64,000 nt of DNA, from the NCBI RefSeq assembly GCF_964194155.1, contig NC_135889.1, positions 108,810,001-108,874,000 on the forward strand, written 5' to 3'. Shown here in pieces: positions 35,600 through 48,294 of the stretch. Under the pieces are notes generated by a model. That model was not told where the DNA came from, did not search any database, and worked only from the letters and a program-made list of their open reading frames with translations. The DNA comes from Cetorhinus maximus. Lineage: Eukaryota. How positions within the stretch are numbered: position 1 is the first letter of the stretch; every line of letters begins with the position of its first letter. The translations under genes and the position numbers were made by a program.

Positions 35600-35902
35600 T
35601 CAGGTTGAGAGGGGATGGAAGTGGTGGTGGGGAAGAGCCTGTTCTGACCACAATCCTGTCTGCTGCCAAGTTTCAACATTAGGCCAGGCAATTAGCTACA
35701 AGGGACCATAGGCATCTCTCTCTGTTAGAAAGAAACAAGTGGTTATATAGCTTGAGGGGCATCAATTCACATCAGGCATTGGGCAAGGCAAGGTGGAAGG
35801 CCTCCATGAACCACTACAGCCAGTATGGGGAGTGAGCCCCATGCCATTGGTGTCATTCTGCACCACACTCTAGCCAACTAGCCAACCGACCTAACCAATC
35901 CC
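35600..35902 (-). mobile_element. tRNA-derived SINE, a different family
   Basis: Minus-strand head GGGGATTGGTTAGGTCGGTTGGCTAGTTGGCTAGAGTGTGGTGCAGAATGACACCAATGGCATGGGGCTCACTCCCC. 3' boundary approximate. Confidence 0.5.
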
Positions 35903-36517
35903 CACAATGATAGACCACTCACCGAGTTTCACTGCCTTAATGAAGAGTTTAGATTGCCAGCATTTAAATATTGCTGACATCCATGCCTACCTGCCGTGGC
36001 TCAGATACTGCTGGAAAACCAGCGGTTAAAATGGCTCAGGCATGAAAGTGTCAGGAAAGCATTAAGCATCCAGTTAACATTATAACTACCTGACTGCTCT
36101 GTGCCTGCCAGGTGGGAAAGAGTTAAAATCTGGCCTCGCATGTCCACAACTGCACTGCTCCAACTCTGGCCTAGCCGATGAGTTATTTAATATCATCTCC
36201 CTGTTTTTGTCCCCAATACCACCATATTAAACCCACCACTGCATTTGCCATTTCAACGATTTTCTGTTTAAATTACCACATTTATAGATCTGCTTTTCCA
36301 CCAAACTATATAATTATCTGCGCTGAACTGCACCTATAAGTCCACTCTGCCATGGCATCCTGCAATCCCTCGCATAGTATCATCAGCAAACTTTAATATC
36401 CTTCCAAAAAGATTTTCCAGCCATCTTGATTGACTGAGGCTTGTTGGCGAAGGTAAAATTCAGTCTTTAATGTCTGATCTGAAGAATGTTATCAGCAACA
36501 ATTCAAATTAGATTCAA

Positions 36518-37230
36518 AGGGATCTGTGTGTCCTAGTGCACAAATCATAAAAGGTTAGTATTCCGGTATAGCAGGTAATTAGGAAAGCTAATAGAATGTT
36601 ATCATTTATTGTGAGGGAAATTGATTACAAAAGTAGGGAGGTTATATTTCAGTTGTACAGGGCATTGGTGAGACCACATCTGGAGTATTGTGAACAGTAC
36701 TGGTCTCCTTATTTGAAGAAGGATGTAAATGTGAATGATGTAAATGTGTTTGAAGCAGCTCAGAGGAGGTTTACTAGATTAGTACCAGGAATGGGCGGGT
36801 TGTCTTATGAGAAAAGGCTGGACAGGTTAGGTTTGTATCCACTTGAATTTAGAAGAACGAGAGAATACTTAATTGAAACCTTTAAGATCCTTAGGGGTCT
36901 TGACAGGGAGAGGATGGTTTCTTTTGTGGGAGAACTAGGGGTCACTGTTTAAAAATGAGGGGTCACTCATTTAAGACAGGGATGAGGAGAATTTTTTTCT
37001 CTCAGAGGGTTGTGAGTCTTTGGAACGCTCTTTCTCAAAAGGCAGTGGAAGCAGAGTTTTTGAATATTTTTAAGGCAGAGCTAGATAGATTATTGATTAA
37101 AGGTTAACGGAGGTAGGCAGGAATGTGGGGTTCAGGTTACATTCAGATCAACCATAAACTTTTTGAATGGTGGAGCAGGCTCGAGGGGCCAAGTGGCCTC
37201 CTCCTGCTCCTAATTCATATGTTTGTATAC
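36518..37230 (+). mobile_element. CR1 LINE 3' fragment
   Basis: LYRALVRPHLEYCEQYWSPYLKKD...LEFRR, and tail GGCTCGAGGGGCCAAGTGGCCTCCTCCTGCTCC. Confidence 0.9.
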
Positions 37231-37875
37231 ATGTTCGCATGTTAGATTAAATGACCAAGTCCTGAAGTAAATCTTGAACAACAACCTCCTAACTTAGGAA
37301 AGAGTGCTACCACTGATTCCACCTTCACCAGTAATTATGACAAGTGTAGCTTTTAATCATAAATAATAGAAGCATAGCAATTTCTGGATGGAAAAAGATC
37401 AAGGACCATTTAGCTTGCCTTTTACCATCTGGTAGCCATATGGTAACAACAACAACTTGTATTTATATAACATTTTTAATGTATTAAAACATCCCAAGAC
37501 ACTTCACAGATGCATTGTAAAATTAAATTTGGCACCAAGCCACACAAGAAGATATTAATACAGATGACAATGCACTTGGTCAAAGAGGTAGGTGTTGTAT
37601 GTTTTATATCTCGGAGCTATGCAGAGATGTCACTAGTTTGTGTGTGTAACAGGTTTTATTCACACAGTGCTTTAAAATGCCTGTTCCATGCTTATAGCTC
37701 TAACTTCCAGCAATTTCTACAGTTTGTTCATTTTTTTCTGAGTCCACATTTAGGCTTAACCAACCAAGCACATTAAGTATCAATAGTAAACAGACTCACC
37801 TAATCAACCACAGAACAACTGAACAATAAATCTTACCCCCTTGCAAATCCAAAGAGTTGGGTGGGCTGAGCCAAC

Positions 37876-38282
37876 GCTCATTGGAATTTAGAAGAATGAG
37901 AGGTGATCTGACTGAAGCATATAAGATTCTGATGGGACTTGACAGGGTGGATCGCGAGAGGATATTTCCTATCATGCGGAATCTAGAACTAGGGGGCACG
38001 GTTTAAAAATAATGGATCTCCCAGTTAAAACGAAGATGAGGAATTTCTTCTCTCAGGGGGTAGTTAGTCTTTGGAATTTTCTTCCACAGGGACCAGTTGA
38101 GGCTGAGTCATTGAATATATTTAAGGTGGAGTTAGACAGACTTTGATTTACAAGGGAGTCAAAGGGGACAGGCAGGGAAGTAGAGTTAGGCCACAATCAA
38201 ATCAGCCATTCATTTATTAAATGGCAGAGCAGGCTCCATTGGCTGAATAGCTTGCTCCTGCTCCTATTTTTTCTGATCTTAT
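37876..38282 (+). mobile_element. CR1 3' end nested in Gypsy
   Basis: TTGGAATTTAGAAGAATGAGAGGTGATCTGACTGAAGC...TTTCTTCTCTCAGGGGGTAGTTAGTCTTTGGAAT...GCTCCTGCTCCTATTT. Confidence 0.85.
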
Positions 38283-38493
38283 TATTTTAAATTAAACCAC
38301 CCTGAATAACAAACACATGTACATCAAATTATTTCTTAGAGTTCAGGTTGTCAGTTTTCTCAAAGCACAGAAATAGTCTTTGAGATACAAACGTCTGCTA
38401 CGACTACGCTGAGGTCTACAAATTTGGGGTTGTTGTTCTCTGTAATCAGCTCTGCTGCATCAGCCTGTGAGATACTCAACCTTATCATTGTAC

Positions 38494-40810
38494 TTTTAAA
38501 AAATTCATTCATGGGATGTGGGCTTCGCTGGCTGGGCCAGCATTAATTGCCCATCACTAATTGCAATTGAGAAGCTGGTGGTGAGCTGCCTTCTTGAACT
38601 GCTGCAGTGCATGTGGTGTAGGTACACCCACAGTGCTGTCAGGGAGGGAGTTCCAGGATTTTGACCCAGCGGCAGTGAAGGAATGGCGATATCATTCCAA
38701 GTCAGGATGGTGAGTGTCTTGGAGGGGAACTTCCAGGTGGTGGTGCTCCCATCTATCTGCTGCCCTTGTCCTTCTAGGTGGTAGTGGTCATGGGTTTGGA
38801 AGGTGTTGTCTAAGTAGCCTTGGTGAATTCCTGCGATGCATCTTGTGGATGGTACACACTGCTGCTACTGTGCGTCGGTGGTGGAGGGAGTGACTGTTTG
38901 TGGATGTGATGCCAATCAAGCGAACTGCTTTGTCCTGGACGGTGTCCAGCTTCTTCAGTGTTGTAGGAGCTGCACTCATCCAGGCAAGTGGGGAGTACTC
39001 CATCACATTCCTGACTTGTGCCTTGGAGATGGTGGACAGGCTTTTGCGAGTCAGGAGGCGAGTTACTTGTCGCACAATTCCTAGCCTCTGACCTGATCTT
39101 ATAGCCACAGTATTTATATGGCAAGTCCAGTTCAGTTTCTGGTAAATGGTAACCCCCAGAATGTTGATTATGAGGGATTCAGTGATGGTAATGCCATTGA
39201 ACATCAAGGGGGGATGGTTGGATTCTTTCTTGTGGGAGATGGTCATTGCCTGACACTTGTGTGGCACAAATGTTACTTGCCACTACAGCCCAAGCCTGGA
39301 TATTGTCCAGGTCTTGCTGAGTTTTTACATGGACTGCTTCAGTATCTGAGGATTCGCGAATGGTGTTGAACAATGTGCAATCATCAGCGAACATCCCCAC
39401 TTCTGACTATATGATGGAAGGAAGGTCATTGATGAAGCAGCTGAAGATGGTTGGGGCTAAGACACTACCCTGAGGAACTCCTGCAGTGATGTCCTGGAGC
39501 TGAGATGACTGACCTCCAACAACCACAACCATCTTCCTTTGTGCTATGTATGACTCCAACCAGCGGAGAGTTTTCCCCCTGATTCCCATTGACTCCAGTT
39601 TTGCTAGGGCTCCTTGATGCGACACTCGGTCAAATGCTACCTTGATGTCAAGGGCAGTCACTCTCACCTCACCTCAGGAGTTCAGCTCTTTTGTCCATGT
39701 TTGAACCAAGGGTGTAATGAGGTCAGGAGCTGAGTGACCCTGGTGAACCCAAACTGCGCATCAGTGAGCAGGCTATTGCTAAGCAAGTGCCATTTGATAG
39801 CACTATTGATGACCCCTTCCCTTACTTTACTGATGATCGAGAGTAGGCTGATGGGGTGGTAATTAGCCTGGTTGAATTTGTCCTTCTTTTTGTGTACAGG
39901 ACATACCTGGGCAATTTCCCACATAGCCGGGTAGATGTTGGTGTTATAGCTGTACTGGAACAGCTTGGCTAGGGGTGCAGCAAGTTCTGGAGCACAGTCT
40001 TCAGCACTATTGCTGGAATGTTGTCAGGGCCCATAGCCTTTGCAGTATTCAGTGCCTGCAGCTGTTTCTTGATATCACGTGGAGTGAATCGAATTGGCTG
40101 AAGACTGACATCTGTGATGCTGGGGATCTCCAGAGGAGGCCGAGATGGATCATCCACTCGGCACTTCTGGCTGAAGATTGTTGCAAATGCTTCAGCCTTA
40201 TCTTTTGCACTGCTGTGCTGGGCTCCTCCATCATTGAGGATGGACCCTCCTCCTCCAGTTAGTTGTTTAATTATCCACCACCATTCACAACTGGATGTAG
40301 CAGGACTGCAGAGCTTAGATCTGATCCGTTGGTTGTGGGATCGCTTTGCTCTGTCTATCATTTGCTGCTTATGCTGTTTGGCATGCAAGTAGTCCTGTTT
40401 TATAGCTTCACCAGGTTGACACCTCATTTTTAGGTATGCCTGGTGCTGCTCCTGGCATGCCCTCCTGCACTCTTCATTGAAGAAGGGTTGATCCCCCGGC
40501 TTGATGGTAATGGTAGAGTGAGGGATATGCCGCCAGGCCTTGAGATTACAGATTGTGTTCGAGTACAATTCTGCTGCTGCTGATGGCCCACAGCACCTCA
40601 TGGATGCCCAGTCTTGAGTTGCTAGATCTGTTCGAAATCCATGCCATTTAGCATGGTGATAGTGCCACACAACACGATGAAGGGTATCCTCAATGTGAAG
40701 GCGGGACTTTGTCTCCACAATGACTGTGCGGTGGTCATTCCTACTGATACTGTCATGAACAGATGCATCCACGGTGAGGATGAGGTCACGTATGTTTTCC
40801 CCTCTTGTTG
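38494..40810 (-). mobile_element. 5'-truncated CR1/L2-group LINE (ORF2 RT), nested in Gypsy
   Basis: RT motifs TALDIKVAFDRV, GVPQGSVLAPTIFSCFINDLP, MFADDCT. Tail CCCACATCCCATGAATGAAT. Several frameshifts. Confidence 0.92.
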
Positions 40811-42641
40811 ATGAAGACTGATGAAGACGACCTGACCATCTATAGTTACACAGACGTTGATGCCCAGATCCTGACTTGGCTAATAACGTAGTCAGCACTT
40901 GGCGATCGGTGTTGAGATTGAACTTTCTACCTTGGAGATAGATGTGCCAAAGTTCCCAAGTGTAGGTGCAAGCCAGTGCTTCCTGTCTCCAGTAGAGTAT
41001 TTGCGTCCTGTTTCTGACAACGGGCTTGACACTTGAATGATGGGTCATTCACTTCCTTCAATGTACTGTGAGAGTACAGCTCCAATAGCATTTTGTGACG
41101 CGTCTGTTGTGGCATACGTTTCCGCATGTGGATTGAAATGCGCTAGGGCTGGTGGAGATGCAATCTTTGCCTGTAACATATCAAACGCCGCTTGCTGTGA
41201 GATTGTCCATTCCCATTATGCATCTTTGTACAGTAGCTTCTGAAGAGACTCCACATTCTCTGCATACTTAGAAACAAATTTGTGATAAAAGTTGGTAATA
41301 CTGAGTAACAATGCCAACTCTTTCACATTAGACAGGGTCAAAAGCACATGAATGGCTTTGATGTTGTCATGTGGAGGTTTTACTGCAGTTACTGTCACTA
41401 AATCCTAGGAAGTCAACATCGGATGCCATGAATGTGCATTTGTCCTCACTGAGCGTCAGATTTGGTTGAGTTGAAAATCGTTGATCATATTCTACTTTGT
41501 CCCTTCAATGGAGAATGATGTCAAGTAAGTTAAGTAATTGAGTGTCCCTCAATGTCCGACAAGACTGAAGAAATGATCTTCTGTAATGCACTTGGTACTG
41601 AAATTAGCCCATAAGGAATGATACTGGTGTATGTAGTCTGCATCATTGATCATGTTAATGTGTGCTCCAGTTGGGTCTTAAAGTTTGAATCCTAGCCTAT
41701 CGAATAAAGTTTACTCCCAAAAGACTTCAACCTCTAGCTATGTAGCAAATGAACCTGTCTAGAGTGATGTCCTTGTAGCACAGTGGAACTATGGTCATTC
41801 CCAAAACCGGAATCATCAAGTTGTCATAAGCATGAGTTACACTTTTTCCCTTGAGCTGGACATAGTGTTGTGAAAAGATGAGCACTTCCATGATTTAAGC
41901 ACAATTTTGAAAGTATCTGAACATGATGGGGCACGTGTTGATGAGACTGTGAGGTCTCTTTGTCCATAGCCCTTGCTTTTGAGCTGGTTGTGCTAGCTGT
42001 GTCTGCAACCCTGGGTCTGAGGGTGCATTTCTGTGTAACTTCTTTGAATCTTACATGGCTTTTTCCAAGGTTAGAACATCATCCTCCATGAGGAGATATT
42101 CCTTAATTTGTGGAATTGAAGTCTTCAATCAATTGGTCACAAATTAGTTCATTGCCAAATTTACATGTAGAAGCCAATTGCTGCACCGCTGCCACATATT
42201 GTTTAATAGGCCCACCATTTCCCTGGTCTCTCAGGCGGAATGTATATCGGTCAATCATGACACTTTTCTTTGGCTCGAAAATTTTATATTACCAAATATC
42301 AAACGTAAACATATCATCTGAGAACCGCTCGGATATTCACTGGTCTCCTGCTCTGAGACAATGCACAATTATTGTTGTCTTGTGCATCATTGCTTCATCT
42401 GGGCTATCCATCCCCTTAGCGAGCAATTAGGTTTTGAACCCCAAAATCCAATGATTCCACAGAATGGGCGGCTCTCCCAGCGAAGAAAGAAATCATGCTG
42501 GAGCTGGTAAATTTCAACTTTTCTCCATCATCCTCATTGCTACTTTGTTGTATATTTTATATCTTAGAGCTATGCAGAGATAACATGAGTTTTTGTGTGT
42601 GTAGCAGGTTTCATTCACAGTGCTTACAACTCCAGCTTCCA

Positions 42642-42988
42642 GGGGAGGCAGTGATGTAGTGGTATTGTCACGGTACTGGTATTCTACATGCCCAGGGTAA
42701 TGCTCTGGGTACCAGGGTTCAAATCCCACCACAGCAGATCGTGAAATTTGAATTCAAAAGAAGATCCAGAATTAAAAGTGTAATGATGACCATGAAACAA
42801 TTGTCATAAAAACCCATCTGGTTCACTAATGTCCTTTAGTGGAGGAAATCTGCTGGCCTTCATGTGACTCTTAAATGCCCTCTGAAAGAGCCTAGCAAGC
42901 CACTCAGTTCTCAGGGGCAGTTAGGGATGGTCAATAAATGCTGGCCCAGCCAGCGGCACCCACATCCCCTGAACAAATTTAAAAAAAA
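42642..42988 (+). mobile_element. tRNA-derived SINE inserted in the Gypsy 5' LTR
   Basis: Head GGGAGGCAGTGATGTAGTGG...GGGTTCAAATCCC. 3' end GGGCAGTTAGGGATGGTCAATAAATGCTGGCC...CCCACATCCC matches the LINE tail at 47650-47705. A-rich end. Confidence 0.85.
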
Positions 42989-44729
42989 CTTATATGGTTT
43001 GTTTACTTTTCTCTGAGATCAAACCCAGTCTTAACCAATCAAGCACAGTGAGCACCAATAGTAAACAGACTCACATAATCAAACACAGAACAATTGAACA
43101 ATTTTGAGGACCATCTTAAATGTGGAATGAGAGGTGGAGAGACAGAAGTTTAAAGAGTGAATTACAGAGCTTAGGGCCTTGGTGGGCTTGACCTACAATG
43201 ATGGAGTGAATTGGGGAAGCTCAAAAGGCTGGAATTGGGTGAGCACAGATATCTTGGAAGGTTGTTGGGCTGGAGGAGATTACAGTACAACAGTAGGGAG
43301 GGGTAAGGCCATGAGGGGTTTTGAAAACATGGGTGAGAATTTAAAATTGGGGGTGTTGCTTAACTAAGGAGCAAATGTAAATCAGCAAGCACAGAGGTGA
43401 TGATGCGATAATAATGAGGTAACAATTGTAATCAATTTCTAATAATTAGTCTACTGCAGTCCCAGAAATGACACCAGGATATAAATGTAATAGAACAGTG
43501 ACACCATAGTGACATCAACAGAAGATTCATCACAAGGTTGCTGAATGAAATTATATCACACCTATTTCTATTGAACTTGTTAATGAGAATGGCACAAAAG
43601 AAAATGACCAGGCTATCACATAGCGACAGCACCCTCATCAATCTGTGAAGGTGTTAATGATGGTCTTATTTTAACAAGGGCTGTTCTTTAGATTGATAAA
43701 GCATCTTAGTTAGTGGATAAACTTTCCTTTAATGTTTCCTCAGCCAAATCTACTGACTGATCACAAATCAATACTGAAGATCAATTTCTTTTTATTCCTT
43801 TGTTCATTATACTCTTGGCTCCTTTCACCTCTAGCTAGTCTCCGCAGTGGTCTTTTATTACCAGAAAGGTAGGTACTCCAAGTGGCAAAACCGATGAGAA
43901 GGCCAGGATCAAACAAGTTTGATGATAAGTTTACTGCAGTAGAACCGGTCTCAGCAGTAATTGATTTTATTTGGTTCAAGTGAAAGCTTCCTCCAGAGTA
44001 ACACTGCCACAGTTAATTTTGCAAAACAAGGCAACAAGCACAAACCACCTTCGGCCATGTTTTTTCATATGTTTCCATGATTTTTTTTTTTGTTAGCTTA
44101 ATTCTTTATAATAGCTTTATTCTTTTTACATGCAAGTTTTAAACTTTAATCTGCTCCCTTTGAATTGTTTCTGCAACTGCTATGGAATCCACAAGACAGC
44201 CATACTAGTCAACCTCCTAGCTTCAGTTCAAATCATGCAAATGCCACCTGGCACATGTAGAAAAAAAACACAGAACTAATTACTGCAATGTGGAGTGAAA
44301 AAAACTCAAGTTTTCTCATTGTTTGCTGTATCTCTTAGAACTATTAATGTTTGATTTAAATATTAATCCAGATTTCAGCAGCTGGCAAATGTATAAACTT
44401 TACTTAAGAAAAACACAACTCAGTTTCAAATTTGTCACTTACTGTAATATCAGATTTACTAAGTAGAGCCAAGAGCTATAGTGTTTTTTGAAATGGGGGA
44501 GTGCAGTGGTCTGAATCTATGGAAAAATCTAAAGTTCTTGGAATGACTAGTTATACAGTCCCTGATTTAGTGCTATCTGGTGGGTAATGGTAGACTACTG
44601 GTTATGCACTGAACTTGTAGCTCAAAGCTGTGAGTTCCAATCAAGTTTGAACTTGTATCTGGTAAATTCAGTAACTTGTGGGCACTGCACAACCAGCTTA
44701 TTGTAAAACCTACCTAGTCCCCAACTCAA

Positions 44730-47700
44730 AATTACAAGAGGAATTGAACAAAAAAGTAAGGGTGTTATGTTCAGTTATACTGGGCATTGGTGAGATCACA
44801 TCTTGAATACTGTGTACAGTTTTGGTCTCCTTATTTAAGGAAGGGTATAAATGCATTGGAGGTGGTTCAGAGGAGGTTCACTAGATTGATACCTGGAATG
44901 AGCGTGTTGTCTTATGAGGAAAGGTTAGACAGACTGGGCTTGTTTCCACTGGAGTTTAGAAGAGCCCTCCTAACTAACGTCTTCAAAATTGGTAGCGCTG
45001 TCTCACAGAATAGTCAAGCAACAGCCTGATGTAGCCATACTCAAAGAATCATACCTACAGACAATGTCCCAAACACCACCATCACCATACCTGGGTATGT
45101 CCCGTCCCACCTGCAGGACAGACGCAGCAGAGGTGGAGGCACAGTGGTATGCAGTTGGGAGGGAGCTGCCTTAGGAGTCTTCAACATCAACTCTGGACCC
45201 CATGAAGTCTCATGGCATAGGGTCAAACATGGGCCAGGAAACCTCCTGCTGATTACCACATACTGCCCTCCCTCAGCTGATGAATCAGTGCTCCTCCATG
45301 TTGAACATCACTTGGAGGAAGCACTGAGGGTGGCAAGGACGCAGAATGTACTGTGGATGGGGGACTTCAATGTCCATCACCAAGAGTGGCTCGATAGCAC
45401 CTCCACTGACCAAGCTGGATGAGTTCTAAAAGATATAACTGCTAGACTGGGTCTGCGGCAGGTGGCAAGGGAACCAACAAGAGGGAAAAACATACTTGAC
45501 CTCATCCTCACCAACCTGCCTGCCGCAGATGCACCTGTCCATCACAGTGTCAGTAGGAGTGACCACAGTCCTTGTGGATACCCTCCATCGGGTTGTGTAG
45601 CTCTACCACTGTGCTAAAAGGGATAGATTTCAAAAAGATCTAGCAACTCAAGACTGGGCATCCATAAGGCGCTGTGGGTCATCAATAGCAGCAGAATTGT
45701 ACTCGAACACAATCTGTAATCTCATGGCCCCAACATATCCCCCACTCTACCATTACCACCAAGCCAGGGGAATGACCCTGGTTTTAAGAAGAGTGAAGGA
45801 GGGCATGCCAGAAGCAGCACCAGACATACCTAAAAATGAGGTGTCAACCTGGTGAAGCGACAACACAGGACTACCTGCATGCCAAACAGCATAAGCAGCA
45901 AGTGATAGACAGAGCTAAGTGATGCCACAAACAATCGATCAGATTTAAGCTCTGCAGTCCTGCCACATCCAGCTGTGAATGGTAGTGGAGGCTCCTCAAA
46001 TATCACATCCTCAATGATGGGGGAGCCCAGCACATCAGTGTAAAAGGTAAGGCTGAAGTACTTGCTACAATCTTTAGCCAGAAATGGTAAGTGGATGATC
46101 CATTTTGGCCTCCTCTAGAGGTTCCCAACATCACAGATGCCAGCCTTCAGCCAATTTGATTCACTCCACATGATATCAAGAAACCTCCGAAGGCACTGGA
46201 TACTGCAAAGGCTATGGGCCCTGACAACATTCCAGCAATAGTACTGAAGACTTGTGCTCCAGAACTTGCCGCGCCCCTAGCCAAACTGTTCCAGTACTGG
46301 CATCTTCCCAGCAATGTGGAAATTTGCCCAGGTATGTCCTGTACACAAAAAGCAGGACAAATCCAACTCGGCCAATTAATCCCCCATCAGTCTACTCTTG
46401 ATCATCAGTAAAGTAATAGAAGGGGTCATCAACAGTGCTATCAAGTGACACTTGCTTAGCAATAACCTGCTCACTTACCCTCAGTTTGGGTTCCACAAGG
46501 GCCACTCAGCTCCTGACCTCATTATAGCCTTGGTTCAAACATGGGCAAAAGACTTGAACTCCAGGGGTGAGGTGAGAGTGACTGCCCTTGACATCAAGGC
46601 AGCATTTGACCGAGTGTGGCATCAAGGAGCCCTAGCAAAACTGGAGTCAATGGGAATCAGGGGGAAAACCCTCCTCTGATTGGAGTCATACCTAGCTCAA
46701 AGGGAAATGGTTGTGGTTGTTGGGAGTCAGTCATCTCAGCTCCAGGACATCACTGCAGGGGTTCCTCAGGCCCAACCATCTTCAGCTGCTTCATCAATGA
46801 CCTTCCTTCCATCACAAGGCCAGAAGTGGGGATGTTTGCTGATGATTGCACAATGTTCAGCACCATTCGCAACTCTTCAGATTCTGAAGCAGTCCTTGTT
46901 CAAATGTAGAAAGACCTGGATGACATCCAGGATTGGGCTGACAAGTGGCAAGTAACATTTGTGCCACACAAGTGCCAGGCAATGACAGTCTCCAGCAAGA
47001 GAGAATCTAACCATTGCTCCTTGACATTCAATGGCATTACCATCACTGAATCTCCCACTATCAACATCCTGTGGGTTACCATTAACTGGAAACTGGACTG
47101 GACTAGCCATATGAATACCATGGGTACAAGAGCAGGTCAGAGGCTAGGAACCCTGCGATGCTTAACTCATCTCCTTACTCCCCAAAACCTGTCCTCAATG
47201 TGCAAGGCAGAAGTCAGGAGTGTGATGGAATACCTGGATGAGTGCAGCTCCAACAACACGCAAGAAGCTTGACACCATCCAGGACAAAGCAGCCCATTTG
47301 ATTAGCACCACATCCACAAACATTCACTCCCTCCACCACCGACGCACAGTAGCAGCAGTGTGTACCATCCACAAGATGCACTGCAGGAATTCACCAAGGC
47401 TCCTTAGACAGCACCTTCCAAACCCACGACTACTACCATATAGAAGGACAAGGTCAGCAGACACATAGGAACACCACCACCTGGAATTTCCCCTCCAAGC
47501 CAAGCACTATCCTGCCTTGGAAATATATCACTGTTTCTTCACTGTCGCTGGGTCAAAATCCTGTAACTCCCTCCCTAACAGCACTGTGGGTGTATCTGCA
47601 CCACATGGACTGCAACAGTTCAAAAAAGCAGCTCACCACCACCTTCTCAAGGGCAATTAGGGATGGGCAATAAATGCTGGCCTAGTCAGTGACGCCCACA

Positions 47701-48135
47701 TCCCTTGAATGAATGAATAAAAAAAAGAGTGAGGTAGCTTGATTGAACTATATAAGATCCTGAACAGTATTTGTAAGGTGGGCGTAGAAAGAGTGTGTCC
47801 TTTTGTGGACAAGCCCAGAACTAGGGGGCGCTGTTTTAAAATTAGGGGCTGCCTTTTTAGGACAGAGATGAGGAGAATTTTTTTTCCCTCAGAGGGTTGT
47901 GCCACTTTGGAACTCTCTGCCTCAGAAGCTAGTGGAGGCGGGGTCATTGAATATTTTTAAGGCGGAAGTAGATAAATTCTTGTTAGGCAAAGGAATCAAA
48001 TGTTGTCGGGGTAGACGGGAATGTGGAACCCAAAGCACAAACAGATCAACCATGATCCTAATGAATGGTGGAGTAGGCTAGGGTGGCCGAATGGCCTACT
48101 TCTGCTCTTATTTCCTACGTTCATATGTTCGTATG
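44730..48135 (+). mobile_element. CR1 3' fragment (44730-44964 and 47725-48135) split by a LINE
   Basis: [19 protein letters not shown]...LEFRR | insertion | GTGAGGTAGCTTGATTGAA (IELYKIL). CR1 tail at 48085-48135. Confidence 0.88.
44965..47724 (+). mobile_element. 5'-truncated CR1/L2-group LINE (APE endonuclease part + RT), TSD AAGAG
   Basis: EN motifs [45 protein letters not shown]. (GAAT)3-A tail. AAGAG at 44960-44964 and 47725-47729. Confidence 0.92.
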
Positions 48136-48167
48136 TCCCCCAGGGAAGGGGGACCATCCCCTACCCA

Positions 48168-48294
48168 GGGTGGAACTTTACAGCCCCATCGCGGTAGGGG
48201 CGGGGCTATAAAATGTGGCGAGCTGTTCAAAAGTCCATTGATATGGACAGGACCGGAAAACCCCGCCTGCAGGAGGGGCTGTAAAATTCTGCCC
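48168..48294. mobile_element. 127-bp Harbinger-type mini-MITE
   Basis: TIRs GGGTGGAACTTTACAGCCCC / GGGGCTGTAAAATTCTGCCC (17/20). Flanks CCA/TCA. Core AAGTCCATTGA. Confidence 0.75.

Larger units (their letters stand above)
37593..43101 (-). mobile_element. Decayed Ty3/Gypsy LTR retrotransposon with nested insertions
   Basis: Direct LTRs 37593-~37830 and 42546-~43101 (the latter split by a SINE). PBS-like AAGTAGCAATGAGGAT left of 42546 on the minus strand. PPT-like AAGGGGGTAAGA at 37831-37842. gag (LGEPPILWNHWILGFK), RT (NVKELALLLSITNFYHKFV) and RNase H (EALACTYTWELWHIYLQGRKFNLNTDRQ) remnants. No TSD visible. Confidence 0.8.
37445..43405 (-). mobile_element. L2 3' fragment (37445-37592 and 43102-43405) split by a Gypsy element
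   Basis: ...GGTCAAAGAGGTAGG | LTR element | TTTTGAGGACCATCTTAAA... rejoins as in the intact L2 at 9647-9680. Confidence 0.75.
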
